This document shows positions 1 through 9,964 of a stretch of DNA of 29,431 nt, in pieces. Source of the DNA: Acidobacteriota bacterium (lineage in GTDB: Bacteria; Acidobacteriota; Vicinamibacteria; Vicinamibacterales; 2-12-FULL-66-21); NCBI GenBank assembly GCA_013697225.1, contig JACCXG010000266.1, forward strand, positions 1 through 29,431, given 5' to 3'. Below the pieces are notes generated by a model that saw only the letters and a program-made list of their open reading frames with translations, did not search any database and was not told the origin of the DNA. Within the stretch, counting starts at the first letter, position 1, and each line of letters opens with the position of its first letter. The position numbers were made by a program, and so were the translations under genes.

Positions 1-663
1 CATCCCGTCCGCCTCTACGTCGCGCGCGGTGTGACGCGGGGAGGGCGTCCAGGTCCTCCGTCCACGCGGGTGTCGCTGCCTGTTCTTCCGGTGCCCCCTC
101 CGCCTACCGCAATCGCGGCCCGCAGCACGGAAGCCGCAGTGGTGCTGGAGTGGACGCCGCCGGCGGCTGCGCCCGATGCGTCGTACAACATCTACGCGGG
201 GGAAGAGCTGGCACGGCCGGTGAACGTGTCGCCGCTGTCGGCCGTCACCTTCGAGCACGCCGTTCCCTTCGGCGAGGAACGCTGCTACAGGGTGCGAAGC
301 GTTGCGATTTCCGGCGACGTCCTCATCGAGGGGACGCCTTCGGAGCCGACGTGTATCACGCCGCGCGACACCTTCCCGCCTGCCGCGCCGCAAGGGCTGG
401 CCGCCGTTCCCACGCCGGGGCAGATCAGCCTCGTCTGGGACGCCAACACCGAGAAGGATCTGGCCGGCTATCTCGTGCTGCGGGGAGACGCACCGGATGG
501 GCCGCTGCGGGCACTGACCGCCACCCCCATCCGCGAGACGTCGTACCGCGACGCGGCGGTCACGCCGGGGAACCGGTACATCTACGCGGTCGTGGCGGTG
601 GATACCGCCACCCCGCCAAACACGAGCGCACAGTCGGCACAGCTCGAGGAGACGGCACGATGA
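1..663 (+). CDS. Fibronectin type III domain-containing protein, probably exported or a lipoprotein; 5' end lies outside the window
   Basis: Frame 1 is open from base 1 (HPVRLYVARG...). Two FN3-like repeats with typical W/Y pattern (VVLEWTPP...SYNIY...YRVRSV; ISLVWDAN...LAGYLVLR...YIYAVVAVD). Stop TGA 661-663 overlaps the next ATG (ATGA). Confidence 0.75.
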   Translation, partial: HPVRLYVARGVTRGGRPGPPSTRVSLPVLPVPPPPTAIAARSTEAAVVLEWTPPAAAPDASYNIYAGEELARPVNVSPLSAVTFEHAVPFGEERCYRVRSVAISGDVLIEGTPSEPTCITPRDTFPPAAPQGLAAVPTPGQISLVWDANTEKDLAGYLVLRGDAPDGPLRALTATPIRETSYRDAAVTPGNRYIYAVVAVDTATPPNTSAQSAQLEETAR

Positions 664-1415
664 TGTGCGTGTACCGGATCGAGTACCAGGGGGTTCCGCG
701 GCACGTCGTGGAAGAAGGGGGCCGGTGGAGACTGGTCGAAGGGGACATCTTCGCCCGCTGGACTCCCGGGGACACGCTGGCCGATGCACCACGCCACTTC
801 CTGCCGCCGGTGCTGCCGTCGAAGATCGTGGCGATCGGGTTGAATTACAGGGAACACGCGGCCGAACAGGGAAAGGCGGTTCCCGGCGAGCCGATGATGT
901 TCCTGAAACCGCCCACGGCCGTCGTCGGGCCGGGGGAGGCCATCGTGCTGCCCGGGTGGGCCGGGCGGATCGATCACGAAGCGGAGGTGGGCGTCGTCAT
1001 CGGCCGCACGGCGCGGCAGGTGGGCGAGGCGGACGCGCTGACGTACGTCTTCGGGGTCACCTGCGTCAACGACGTCACGGCGCGCGACCTGCAGAAGAAG
1101 GATGTGCAGTACACCAGGGCCAAGGGGTTCGATACGTTCGCGCCGATTGGCCCCTGCATCGCGACCGGCCTGGACCTGGGATCCCCGATCCGCATCGAAG
1201 GCCTCGTCAACGGCGAGCCGCGCCAGTCCTCATCGACCGCCGACCTGATCTTTGGCATCCCGAGGCTCATCGCGCACATCAGTGCCGTCATGACCCTCCT
1301 GCCCGGGGACATCATCTCGACCGGCACGCCCGCCGGTGTCGGCCCGCTGAAGCCCGGAGATCTGGTGACTGTGAAGATAGAGGGAGTCGGCGAGCTGACG
1401 AACCCCGTCAGATAG
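660..1415 (+). CDS. Fumarylacetoacetate hydrolase (FAH) family protein, 251 aa
   Basis: Motifs PSKIVAIGLNY, FLKP, HEAEVGVVIG, NDVTARDLQ, AKGFDTFAPIGP, GDIISTGTPAGVG. Start placed at the ATGA overlap (660) rather than ORF-track position 150. Confidence 0.92.
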   Translation: MMCVYRIEYQGVPRHVVEEGGRWRLVEGDIFARWTPGDTLADAPRHFLPPVLPSKIVAIGLNYREHAAEQGKAVPGEPMMFLKPPTAVVGPGEAIVLPGWAGRIDHEAEVGVVIGRTARQVGEADALTYVFGVTCVNDVTARDLQKKDVQYTRAKGFDTFAPIGPCIATGLDLGSPIRIEGLVNGEPRQSSSTADLIFGIPRLIAHISAVMTLLPGDIISTGTPAGVGPLKPGDLVTVKIEGVGELTNPVR

Positions 1416-1442
1416 CTTCCCGCATCCCGGGGAGGTGGCCGA

Positions 1443-1487
1443 TTTGGGCAATCCGGACATTTTTGGCATTCTTGGCAATTCTGCAAG
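1443..1487. repeat. Degenerate 9-bp tandem array, copy A of the TGCCAARAA family
   Basis: + strand units TTTGGGCAA / TCCGGACAT / TTTTGGCAT / TCTTGGCAA / TTCTGCAAG. The array runs into the AAGGAGG RBS (1485-1491) of the transaldolase gene. Confidence 0.75.
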
Positions 1488-1496
1488 GAGGGTTTC

Positions 1497-2150
1497 ATGA
1501 AGCTGTTCATCGATTCTGGCAACCTGAAGGAAATCGAAAACCTGATGCCGATGGGGATCATCGACGGCATTACCACGAACCCGTCGCTCCTGGCGAAAGA
1601 GGGAGGAGACTACCGCGCCCTGCTGAAGCGGATCTGCGGCATCGTGCAGGGCCCGACAAGCGCCGAGGTGGTGGCGACCGACGTCGAGGGCATGCTGCGG
1701 GAAGGGCGCGAGCTCGCGGCGCTCGACGACCACATCGTCGTGAAGGTCCCCTTCACGCGGGCGGGTGTCCAGGCCTGCAAGACGCTGGCGTCGGAGGGGA
1801 CACGGGTGAACGTGACGCTGATCTTCACGGCGGCCCAGGCGCTGCTTGCCGCGAAGGTCGGGGCAACCTACGTGAGCCCGTTCGTGGGGAGGCTCGACGA
1901 CATCGCGACTTCCGGCATGAACCTGATCAGCGAGATCGTGGAGATCTTCGAGAACTACCAGTTCGACACGGAATTACTCGTGGCTTCCACCAGAAGCCCC
2001 ATTCACATCGTCGAAGCGGCGCGCATGGGGGCGGACATCTGCACGTGCCCGGCCACGCTCATCGAGGCGCTGTTCAAGCACCCGCTGACCGACATCGGCC
2101 TGGAGCGGTTCCTGAAGGACTGGGAGAAGGCGCAGGCGGTGAAGGCCTGA
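1497..2150 (+). CDS. tal: Small transaldolase (TalC/FSA-like family), 217 aa
   Basis: [12 protein letters not shown], Schiff-base Lys in [23 protein letters not shown]. Glu (SAEV) plus Phe (SPF) is the transaldolase signature, not the Gln/Tyr pair of F6P aldolase. RBS AAGGAGG. Confidence 0.9.
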   Translation: MKLFIDSGNLKEIENLMPMGIIDGITTNPSLLAKEGGDYRALLKRICGIVQGPTSAEVVATDVEGMLREGRELAALDDHIVVKVPFTRAGVQACKTLASEGTRVNVTLIFTAAQALLAAKVGATYVSPFVGRLDDIATSGMNLISEIVEIFENYQFDTELLVASTRSPIHIVEAARMGADICTCPATLIEALFKHPLTDIGLERFLKDWEKAQAVKA

Positions 2151-2163
2151 ACACCACCGCCTG

Positions 2164-3705
2164 ATGGACAAGACCCAGCACCTTCAGGATCTGCAGCGGC
2201 GGGCCGAAGCCGGCGGCGGCGAAGAGCGCCTGCGGCGCCAGCACGAAGCCGGCAAGCTCACGGCGCGCGAGCGGATCGAGTTCCTCTTCGATCCGGGATC
2301 GTTCCACGAGGTCGACAAGCTGGTGACCCACCGGTGCGTCGACTTCGGAATGGCCGATCAGGTGGTGCCGGGGGACGGGGTGGTGGCTGGCCAGGGGCGT
2401 GTGGACGGCCGGATCGTCTACGCGTTCGCGCAGGATTTCACGGTCTTCGGCGGATCGCTCTCGGAGACGAACGCCGGCAAGATCGTGAAGATCATGGACC
2501 TCGCGCTCAAGATGGGCGCTCCCGTTGTCGGCCTGAACGACTCGGGGGGCGCCCGGATCCAGGAAGGGGTGCTCTCGCTCGGCGGCTACGCGGACATCTT
2601 CCTGCGCAACACCCTTGCGTCAGGGGTCATCCCGCAGATCTCCGCCATCATGGGGCCGTGCGCGGGGGGAGCCGTGTACTCGCCGGCCATCACCGACTTC
2701 AACATCATGGTGGAGGGGACGAGCTACATGTTTGTCACCGGCCCGGAGGTGATCCGCACGGTCACGCACGAGCAGGTCACGAAAGAAGAGCTCGGCGGCG
2801 CGTTGACGCACAACGCGACGAGCGGCGTGGCGCACTTCTCAGTCCCCGACGATCGCGAGTGCCTGCGCCTGGTGCGCGAGCTCCTCGGCTACCTCCCCTC
2901 CAACAACGTGGACGATGCGCCGAGGCGGGAGACGACGGACCCGGCGGATCGGGAGGACGAGTCCCTCGAGCGGATCGTGCCGGCCTCTCCGAACCAGCCG
3001 TACGACGTGCTGGATCTCGTGCACGCCATCGTGGACGAGGGGGCGTTCCTCGAAGTGCACCGCCACTTCGCGAAGAACATCGTCGTGGGCTTCGCACACC
3101 TCGCGGGGCGGAGCATCGGGATCGTGGCCAACCAGCCGGCGCACCTGGCCGGCACGCTCGACATCGACGCGTCGGTGAAGGCCGCCAGGTTCGTCCGGTT
3201 CTGCGACGCCTTCAACATCGCGCTCGTGACCTTCGAGGATGTGCCCGGGTTCCTGCCGGGGGTGCGTCAGGAGCACGGCGGGATCATCCGCCACGGTGCG
3301 AAGCTGCTGTTCGCGTTCGCGGAGGCCACGGTGCCGAAGGTCACGGTCATCACACGCAAGGCCTACGGCGGTGCCTACTGCGTGATGTCGAGCAAGCACA
3401 TCCGGACGGACGTGAACCTGGCGTGGCCAACCGCGGAGATCGCGGTGATGGGCCCGGAGGGGGCGGTGAACATCCTGTACGGCCGGGAGCTGCAGGCAGC
3501 ATCAGACGCCGACGCGCTGCGAGCCAAACGCGTCGAGGAGTTCCGGGAGAAGTTCGCCAACCCCTATGTGGCGGCTTCCCGCGGATTCGTCGACGAGGTG
3601 ATCCTCCCCAGGCAGACACGGTCGAAGCTCATTGCCGCGCTGGCAGGACTCGAGACGAAGCGCGACAGGAACCCTCCCAAGAAGCACGGAAACATCCCGC
3701 TGTGA
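2164..3705 (+). CDS. pccB: Acyl-CoA carboxylase carboxyltransferase (beta) subunit, PccB-like, 513 aa
   Basis: [58 protein letters not shown]-terminal [10 protein letters not shown]. Exact acyl-CoA substrate cannot be determined from sequence. Confidence 0.9.
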   Translation: MDKTQHLQDLQRRAEAGGGEERLRRQHEAGKLTARERIEFLFDPGSFHEVDKLVTHRCVDFGMADQVVPGDGVVAGQGRVDGRIVYAFAQDFTVFGGSLSETNAGKIVKIMDLALKMGAPVVGLNDSGGARIQEGVLSLGGYADIFLRNTLASGVIPQISAIMGPCAGGAVYSPAITDFNIMVEGTSYMFVTGPEVIRTVTHEQVTKEELGGALTHNATSGVAHFSVPDDRECLRLVRELLGYLPSNNVDDAPRRETTDPADREDESLERIVPASPNQPYDVLDLVHAIVDEGAFLEVHRHFAKNIVVGFAHLAGRSIGIVANQPAHLAGTLDIDASVKAARFVRFCDAFNIALVTFEDVPGFLPGVRQEHGGIIRHGAKLLFAFAEATVPKVTVITRKAYGGAYCVMSSKHIRTDVNLAWPTAEIAVMGPEGAVNILYGRELQAASDADALRAKRVEEFREKFANPYVAASRGFVDEVILPRQTRSKLIAALAGLETKRDRNPPKKHGNIPL

Positions 3706-5216
3706 GAGTGCTCATCGCCAATCGCGGCGAGATTGCCGTGCGGGTGATCCGCGCGTGCCGTGAAATGGGCCTTCCCACCGTCGCCGTCTACTCGGACTGC
3801 GACCGTGCCGCCCGGCACGTGATGGAGGCCGATCGTGCGGAGCACATCGGACCCGACGAGGCGGTGCGGAGCTACCTGAACTTCAGCGCCATTCTCGACG
3901 CGGCACGGCGCTCGGACGCTGATGCCGTTCATCCCGGGTACGGCTTCCTCTCCGAGAATGCGGCGTTTGCCAGGGCCTGCGTCGATGCGGGGCTGACGTT
4001 CATCGGGCCGGCTCCCGGGGCGATCGAGATGATGGGGAGCAAGACCGAAGCGCGGCGCGCTGCCATGCGCGCGGGGGTGCCGGTCGTGCCGGGAACGGAG
4101 GCAGCCCTGGGGCTGGACACGGCTGAGGAGGAGCTCACTGCAATCGCCGCAGATATCGGCTACCCGCTGATGGTCAAGGCAGTCGCTGGCGGCGGCGGCA
4201 AGGGCATGCGCGTCGTCGAGGATCCGGGCGGGCTGCTCGGCGCGCTCCGCACTGCCCGCTCCGAGGCGGGCTCTGCCTTCGGTGATACGGCTGTCTATCT
4301 CGAGCGCCTGCTCCCACGGCCCCGTCACGTCGAGATTCAGCTGCTCGGCGATTCTCACGGCACCGTCATCCCCTTCGTCGAGCGCGAGTGCTCGATTCAG
4401 CGCCGCCACCAGAAGGTCGTCGAGGAATCACCATCGCTTGCCGTCTCCCCCGCGCTGCGTGCGCGAATGGCAGCCGCAGCCGCGGCCGTCGCCCGCGCGG
4501 TGGGCTACACCAATGCCGGCACCATCGAATTCCTTTTGGACGAGGACGGCTCGTTCTACTTCCTCGAGATGAACACCAGGCTGCAGGTCGAGCATCCCGT
4601 CACCGAGATGGTCACCGGCGTGGATCTGGTGCAGTGGCAGATCCGCATTGCGAGGGGAGAGCGCCTCGATCTCGAGCCTGAGCAGGCGCTCACACCAAGG
4701 GGACACGCCATCGAATGCCGGCTGTATGCGGAAGATCCCGACGAGAACTTCATGCCCTCCCCGGGCCTGATCCGAGGCCTGCGGCCCGCCGGGGGTCCCG
4801 GGGTGAGAGACGATGGGGGGGTGAGCGCCGGATATCGGGTGCCCGTCTTCTACGATTCGCTCATCGCAAAGCTCGTCACGTGGGGGAATGCGCGGGACGA
4901 GGCCATTGCGCGGATGGGGCGCGCGCTGCGGGAGTATCAGGTGCTGGGCATCCGGACCACCATCCCGTTCTTCCTGTGGCTGATGCAGGAGCCCGACTAC
5001 CTCGCGGGACGATACGATACGACGTATCTGGATCGGATCCTTGCCGGGCGTCAGGGGCCGTTCGTGGAGGTCGCCGAAGAGGATGCCGCGCTTGCCGCCC
5101 TCGCGGCGGCGCTCGATGTGTACTTCCGTGCCGCGGGGGCGGGCGGGGCCCGAGCGGTGAACGGGCCACGGCCGTTGTGGACGCAGATCGGACGGCGTGA
5201 GGCCCTGCGGGGATGA
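3702..5216 (+). CDS. accC: Biotin carboxylase subunit of acyl-CoA carboxylase, 504 aa
   Basis: Starts at the GTGA overlap. [68 protein letters not shown]. Confidence 0.92.
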   Translation: MRVLIANRGEIAVRVIRACREMGLPTVAVYSDCDRAARHVMEADRAEHIGPDEAVRSYLNFSAILDAARRSDADAVHPGYGFLSENAAFARACVDAGLTFIGPAPGAIEMMGSKTEARRAAMRAGVPVVPGTEAALGLDTAEEELTAIAADIGYPLMVKAVAGGGGKGMRVVEDPGGLLGALRTARSEAGSAFGDTAVYLERLLPRPRHVEIQLLGDSHGTVIPFVERECSIQRRHQKVVEESPSLAVSPALRARMAAAAAAVARAVGYTNAGTIEFLLDEDGSFYFLEMNTRLQVEHPVTEMVTGVDLVQWQIRIARGERLDLEPEQALTPRGHAIECRLYAEDPDENFMPSPGLIRGLRPAGGPGVRDDGGVSAGYRVPVFYDSLIAKLVTWGNARDEAIARMGRALREYQVLGIRTTIPFFLWLMQEPDYLAGRYDTTYLDRILAGRQGPFVEVAEEDAALAALAAALDVYFRAAGAGGARAVNGPRPLWTQIGRREALRG

Positions 5217-5761
5217 CCTTCGAAGTCGAGGTCGAGGGGAGGATCCGGACGATTGTCATCGAGCACGGCGACAATCCTTCCTCGTTCCGCGTCCAAATCG
5301 ATGGGGAGCCGGGCGTCGTCGATGCGGTCCGGGCCGGCGACAAGAGCCTCTCGATCTTCGGGCGGGTCACCTTTTTGCGAAATGGTGGACCGGAAAAAGG
5401 GACACTCCGGATCGGCGCGGCCGTGCAGGTCACCGCCGGCCCGGCCCCGGGGGAGGGGATAGTACACCTCAACGGGCGCACGATCCGGGCGGTCATCAAC
5501 GGCCGGCGCCGACGGGCGGCGGCCGATGAAGGGGCGCACGGCCCGGGAGATGTCGTCGTGGCGGCGCCGATGCCAGGGCGGATCGTGCGGGTGCTTGTCG
5601 CGCCGGGCGACCAGGTGACAGCGCGGCAGGGGCTCGTCGTCGTCGAGGCGATGAAGATGGAGAACGAGCTGCGGGCTCCGCGGGCCGGCCGCGTCAAGGA
5701 GGTCAGTGTCGTGCCCGGAGCCTCCGTGGAAGCCGGTTGCGTCCTTGCAGTGATCGAGTAG
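5213..5761 (+). CDS. Biotin carboxyl carrier protein with N-terminal beta-rich (BT-like) domain, 182 aa
   Basis: APMPGRIVRVLV and biotinylation motif EAMKMENEL. ATGA overlap with accC. Confidence 0.9.
   Translation: MTFEVEVEGRIRTIVIEHGDNPSSFRVQIDGEPGVVDAVRAGDKSLSIFGRVTFLRNGGPEKGTLRIGAAVQVTAGPAPGEGIVHLNGRTIRAVINGRRRRAAADEGAHGPGDVVVAAPMPGRIVRVLVAPGDQVTARQGLVVVEAMKMENELRAPRAGRVKEVSVVPGASVEAGCVLAVIE
5364..5408. repeat. AT-rich short palindromic element inside the BCCP coding sequence
   Basis: GGGTCACCTTTTT-GCG-AAATGGTGGACC-GG-AAAAAGGGACACTCC. CCTTTTT (5370-5376) and AAAAAGG (5394-5400) are perfect inverted repeats; composition departs from the surrounding GC-rich codons. Confidence 0.55.
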
Positions 5762-5815
5762 GCGTCGGGCAGGTTCTCTGAGGCGTGCCAGTCCGCAGCG
5801 GGTTTCCGGAGACGA

Positions 5816-8800
5816 ATGGATCAGGAGAAGAACGCGTCGGCTCAGGAGCCGCGTGCCGCGGAGCCGCAGGCCCCGGAGGGGCGCCGGAGGCGTTCACGCC
5901 TCCGGACGCTCGGGGTGCGTACCGGCGCTGTCGTTCTGGCCATCGTCGTTGGCGTGCTGGTCTCGGTGCTCACGGTGGATCTCGGCCCCTCGCTCAAGGC
6001 GCGCGCCGAGGTCGAGGGCTCGAAGTACCTCCAGCGTCCCATGCGGATGGGCAAGCTGTCGTCACGGCTCATTCCCGGCGTGTTCGTTGTCGAAGAGCTG
6101 GTGATAGAGGGGCTGACACCCGCCGACGTGCCGTTTCTGAGCGTAGGCAAGATCACCGTCCGGCTGCCCTGGTGGTCGATCTTCACCAGGAAGCTCGTCA
6201 TCGAGTCGATCGACATGACCGACTGGCACATGACGATCGAGACGTTCGAGAACGGACGCCACAACTTCCCGCGGTTCGTGCCCGAGCGCCGGGAGCCCAG
6301 AGGCCCCAGCCGGTTCACCACGACGATACGAGCGGTGCTCGCGGCGCGCGGCCGGGTGACGTACGAGGATCACGTCACCCCCTGGACCACCGACGCGCGG
6401 GGGATGACGGTGGCGCTCTACCGCAGCGACGTGCTGAACGACTACCGCGGGCGAGCCTCCTTCTCCGACGCGACGATCGGGATCATGGCCTACGAGCCGT
6501 TCAGCGCGAGGATGGACTCGCGCTTCAAGATCGACGGGGCCAAGGTGGTCTTCGACCGGATCGACCTCAACAGCGACGGCGCGGAGTCGGTCGTCCAGGG
6601 GGAGGTCGACCTCTCGCGATGGCCGGAACAGACGTATTCGGTACGCTCCCGAATCGACTTTCCCGTTCAGAAGGAGATCTTCTTCCACGGGGAGCCATTC
6701 GACGTGTCCGGCAAGGGGGACTTCGAGGGAGTCTTCCACCTGTTCAAGGGGGGCCGTGAGCTGAAGGGCACCTTCACGAGCCCGGTTGCGGGGGTGAACG
6801 AGTGGCGCTTCCCGAGCCTGCGCGGCTCCGTGCTCTGGCTGCCCGATCGCCTCGAGATCACCGATGCGACGAGTGGGGTGTACGGCGGGTCCGCGAGGTT
6901 CGACTACCGGATGGCCCCCATGGGGAAGCGCGGTGTGCCCACCATCGCCACGTGGAACGTCCAGTATCGCGATGTCGATCTCGCCCGCCTCACGGATTTC
7001 ACGGAGACGAAGGGGCTGCGCCTGGGCGGGCGTGCTTCAGGCCGGAACAGGCTCGAGTGGCCCCTGGGCAAGTGGGTCGACAAGCGGGGTGGAGGAGAGG
7101 TCACCCTGACGCCCCCGCCAGGGATCGGACCGGGCGACATGATGACCCGCGAAATGCCGGCCGCGCGTCTCGAGGCCGAGCTCGCGCGCGAGGCCGATCC
7201 GGGGCCCTTCGATCCGCACGCCTCCCTCGGGTACCTCCCGGTGACCGGCCGCATTCAGTACACGCTCGACCCGTCGTGGATCACGCTGGGGGAGAGCTGG
7301 GTCGCCACCCCGCGCACCTACGTGGAGTTTCAGGGACGCACGGACTACGGCCAGAAGTCGAACATCCCCTTCCACGTGACCAGCCTCGACTGGCAGGAAA
7401 GCGACCGCGTGCTGGCGGGCATCATGACGGCGTTTGGCTCGCCGACCGGCGCCATCCCGATTGGCGGATACGGGGAGTTCGACGGCGTGATGCTGGAGTC
7501 GTTCGCGCACCCGCGGATCGAGGGGACCTTTTCCGGTGGCGCCATGCGCGCCTGGAACGTCGTCTGGGGTGATGCCACGGCCAACGTGGTGATCGAGAAC
7601 AGCTACGCCCGGGTCGAGAATGCCGTGCTCATGGCGGCGGAGTCGGAGATTGCCGCCGAAGGGCTGTTCTCGCTCGGCTATCCGCGGCGCGACGGCGGGG
7701 AGCAGATCAACGCGCGCGTGCGGCTGCGCCGCAGGCCCATGGCGGATCTCAAGCGCGCCTTCGGCATCGACGACTACGACATCGACGGTCTCGTGTCCGG
7801 TGAGTACCACGTGTACGGCGAGTACGAGACGCCGCTCGGCTTCGGCCGCCTGCTCGTCGAAGAGGGATCGGCGTACGGCGAGACGTTCGAGTCGGCGACC
7901 TCCGCGCTCAGGTTCGAGGGCACGGGCGTCCGGCTGGACACCCTGCAGGTCACCAAGAGCACCGGCACGGTCACCGGCGCGGCACGCGTCGGGTGGGACG
8001 GGAGCTACTCGCTCAATGTCGAGGGGCGGCGGGTGCCGGTGGAATCCCTGCGCACGCTGGACATGCCGCGCGCCCCGCTCTCGGGGCTGCTCCAGTTCAC
8101 CGCCAGCGGCGCCGGGAACTTCGAGGATCCGCGCTACGACGTGAAACTCCGGATCGACGACCTCTTCGCCGGCGATGAAGGTGTCGGCCAGGTCACCGGC
8201 CAGATGGCCATCCGCGGCGACATGCTGACCGGCGACTTCGAGGCCGCTTCCCCGCGTCTGCTCGTTTCCGGATCCGGGCGGCTCTCCATGGCTGCCGACC
8301 GGGACGCCGAGATTTCTCTGCGGTTCCAGGACACGTCGCTCGATCCGTACGTGCGCTTCTTCGAGCCGCGCCTCTCCCCGTTCACCACCGCAGTGGCCGG
8401 GGGCACTGTCCGGGTGGTCGGTCAGCTGGCCAACATGGATGCGCTGGCCGTCACGACACGCGTGGAGCAACTCGACCTGAAGCTGTTCGACTATGCGCTC
8501 CGCAACGACGGACCGATCGAGCTCGGACTGGACCGCAACGTGCTCGAGATCGCGCGGCTCCGTCTGGCGGGAGAGGGCACACAGCTCCAGATGGCCGGGA
8601 ACGTGCGCCTGCAGGAGGCCACCGTGGAAGTGGAAGCCACCGGGGAGGCGAATCTCGGCATCCTGCAGGGCTTCTTCCGCGACGTGCGCAGCCGCGGGAC
8701 GGCCGCCGTGCTCGCCCAGGTGCGCGGGCCGCTGAACCAGCCGCAGTTTTCGGGCAGCGCCAGGCTTGTGGACGGCAGAATCAGGCATCTGTCGCTTCCG

Positions 8801-9964
8801 CACGGGCTCGAAGCCATCAACGGGCAGGTCTCGTTCACGGCCGCCGGCCTGCGCGTCGAGGACGTCACCGCACGGGTTGCCGGCGGGAGCGTCACCTTCG
8901 GCGGGAGGATCGACATGAACGGGTTCACTCCCGGTCAGTTGAGCCTGACGGCTGTCGGCGAGGGGATGCGCGTCCGGTATCCGGAAGGGTTCAGATCCCT
9001 GATCGATGCCGACCTCTGGCTCCGCGGCGATGCCGCCTCTCCGGTGCTCGGGGGGGCCGTCACCGTACACGACGCCGTGTGGACGCGCCGCCTCGAGGTG
9101 AACCCGAACCTGTTCGACCTTGCCGGTGGGCGCGGGGCGGCGCTGCCGGCCGGCCCGGCTGCCACGCAGGAATTCCCGGTACGGTTCGACATCGACGTGA
9201 CGGCAGCCAACACGCTGCGCATCCAGAACAACATCGCGGATGTCGTCGCGAGCGCGGACCTCAAGCTGCAGGGCACCTACGATCGCCCGGCGGTATTCGG
9301 GCGCGTGGAACTCGAACGCGGGAGCATCGTGTTCGAAGGCAACCGGTACGTGCTCACGCGCGGCACGGTGGACTTCCTGACGCCGCCGGCCGGCAGCATC
9401 GAGCCGCTGTTCGACATCGAAGCGGAGACGCGCGTCCGCGTCCCGTCGCAGACCTTCCGCGTCACGCTCGGTGTTGCCGGAACGCCGCGCAACATCTCGG
9501 TGGCGCTTGGCTCCGACCCGCCGCTCTCCGAGGTGGACATCATCGCGCTGCTCTTCGGCACCGGCGCCGACTTGACCAATGCCGAGCTCCGGGCGCTCAG
9601 CCCCCAGGGGGCGACCGAAGCGGAAGAAGCGCTGCTGCGCGCCGCCGGCGCCCGGCTGCTGACCGGGACCATCTCCGCTCCTGTGCGCCGCGTGGTCGAG
9701 GAAACCCTGCGGCTCGACACCGCGCAGATCACGCCAACGATCGGCAACGAAGACGACGCCCTGACCCCGTCGGCGCGGTTGACGATTGGCAAGCGTCTGT
9801 CTCCGCGAGCGTACCTGACGTTCTCCCGGGCCCTCGGCGCCACGGCCACGAGGGATCAGATCATCGTGCTCGAATACGACCAGAGCGACCGCGTCGGGGT
9901 CGTCCTGACGCAGACTGGCGACCGGACGTTCGCTGTCGATTTCAGGGTCCGGCACAGCTTCTGA
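5816..9964 (+). CDS. tamB: Translocation/assembly module TamB (AsmA-like, C-terminal DUF490), 1382 aa
   Basis: Single N-terminal TM anchor (GAVVLAIVVGVLVSVL), long beta-rich body, C-terminal region typical of DUF490 (ADLWLRG...G.V....G...F.GNRY....G.V.F; LTIGKRLSPRAYLTFS; FAVDFRVRHSF). GGAG RBS. Adjacent to an Omp85 gene. Confidence 0.85.
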   Translation: MDQEKNASAQEPRAAEPQAPEGRRRRSRLRTLGVRTGAVVLAIVVGVLVSVLTVDLGPSLKARAEVEGSKYLQRPMRMGKLSSRLIPGVFVVEELVIEGLTPADVPFLSVGKITVRLPWWSIFTRKLVIESIDMTDWHMTIETFENGRHNFPRFVPERREPRGPSRFTTTIRAVLAARGRVTYEDHVTPWTTDARGMTVALYRSDVLNDYRGRASFSDATIGIMAYEPFSARMDSRFKIDGAKVVFDRIDLNSDGAESVVQGEVDLSRWPEQTYSVRSRIDFPVQKEIFFHGEPFDVSGKGDFEGVFHLFKGGRELKGTFTSPVAGVNEWRFPSLRGSVLWLPDRLEITDATSGVYGGSARFDYRMAPMGKRGVPTIATWNVQYRDVDLARLTDFTETKGLRLGGRASGRNRLEWPLGKWVDKRGGGEVTLTPPPGIGPGDMMTREMPAARLEAELAREADPGPFDPHASLGYLPVTGRIQYTLDPSWITLGESWVATPRTYVEFQGRTDYGQKSNIPFHVTSLDWQESDRVLAGIMTAFGSPTGAIPIGGYGEFDGVMLESFAHPRIEGTFSGGAMRAWNVVWGDATANVVIENSYARVENAVLMAAESEIAAEGLFSLGYPRRDGGEQINARVRLRRRPMADLKRAFGIDDYDIDGLVSGEYHVYGEYETPLGFGRLLVEEGSAYGETFESATSALRFEGTGVRLDTLQVTKSTGTVTGAARVGWDGSYSLNVEGRRVPVESLRTLDMPRAPLSGLLQFTASGAGNFEDPRYDVKLRIDDLFAGDEGVGQVTGQMAIRGDMLTGDFEAASPRLLVSGSGRLSMAADRDAEISLRFQDTSLDPYVRFFEPRLSPFTTAVAGGTVRVVGQLANMDALAVTTRVEQLDLKLFDYALRNDGPIELGLDRNVLEIARLRLAGEGTQLQMAGNVRLQEATVEVEATGEANLGILQGFFRDVRSRGTAAVLAQVRGPLNQPQFSGSARLVDGRIRHLSLPHGLEAINGQVSFTAAGLRVEDVTARVAGGSVTFGGRIDMNGFTPGQLSLTAVGEGMRVRYPEGFRSLIDADLWLRGDAASPVLGGAVTVHDAVWTRRLEVNPNLFDLAGGRGAALPAGPAATQEFPVRFDIDVTAANTLRIQNNIADVVASADLKLQGTYDRPAVFGRVELERGSIVFEGNRYVLTRGTVDFLTPPAGSIEPLFDIEAETRVRVPSQTFRVTLGVAGTPRNISVALGSDPPLSEVDIIALLFGTGADLTNAELRALSPQGATEAEEALLRAAGARLLTGTISAPVRRVVEETLRLDTAQITPTIGNEDDALTPSARLTIGKRLSPRAYLTFSRALGATATRDQIIVLEYDQSDRVGVVLTQTGDRTFAVDFRVRHSF

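Noticed and set aside
1416-1436. CTTCCC...GGGGAG hairpin after the FAH gene as an intrinsic terminator
   Set aside because: Short stem with a G-U pair and no adjacent U-tract.
2334-3701. N-terminal extensions in the ORF track (2334, 9079, 150, 24670, 21472, 20294, 22632, 28397, 15059)
   Set aside because: They overlap neighbouring genes or repeats. True starts are supported by stop/start overlaps, RBSs or family N-termini.
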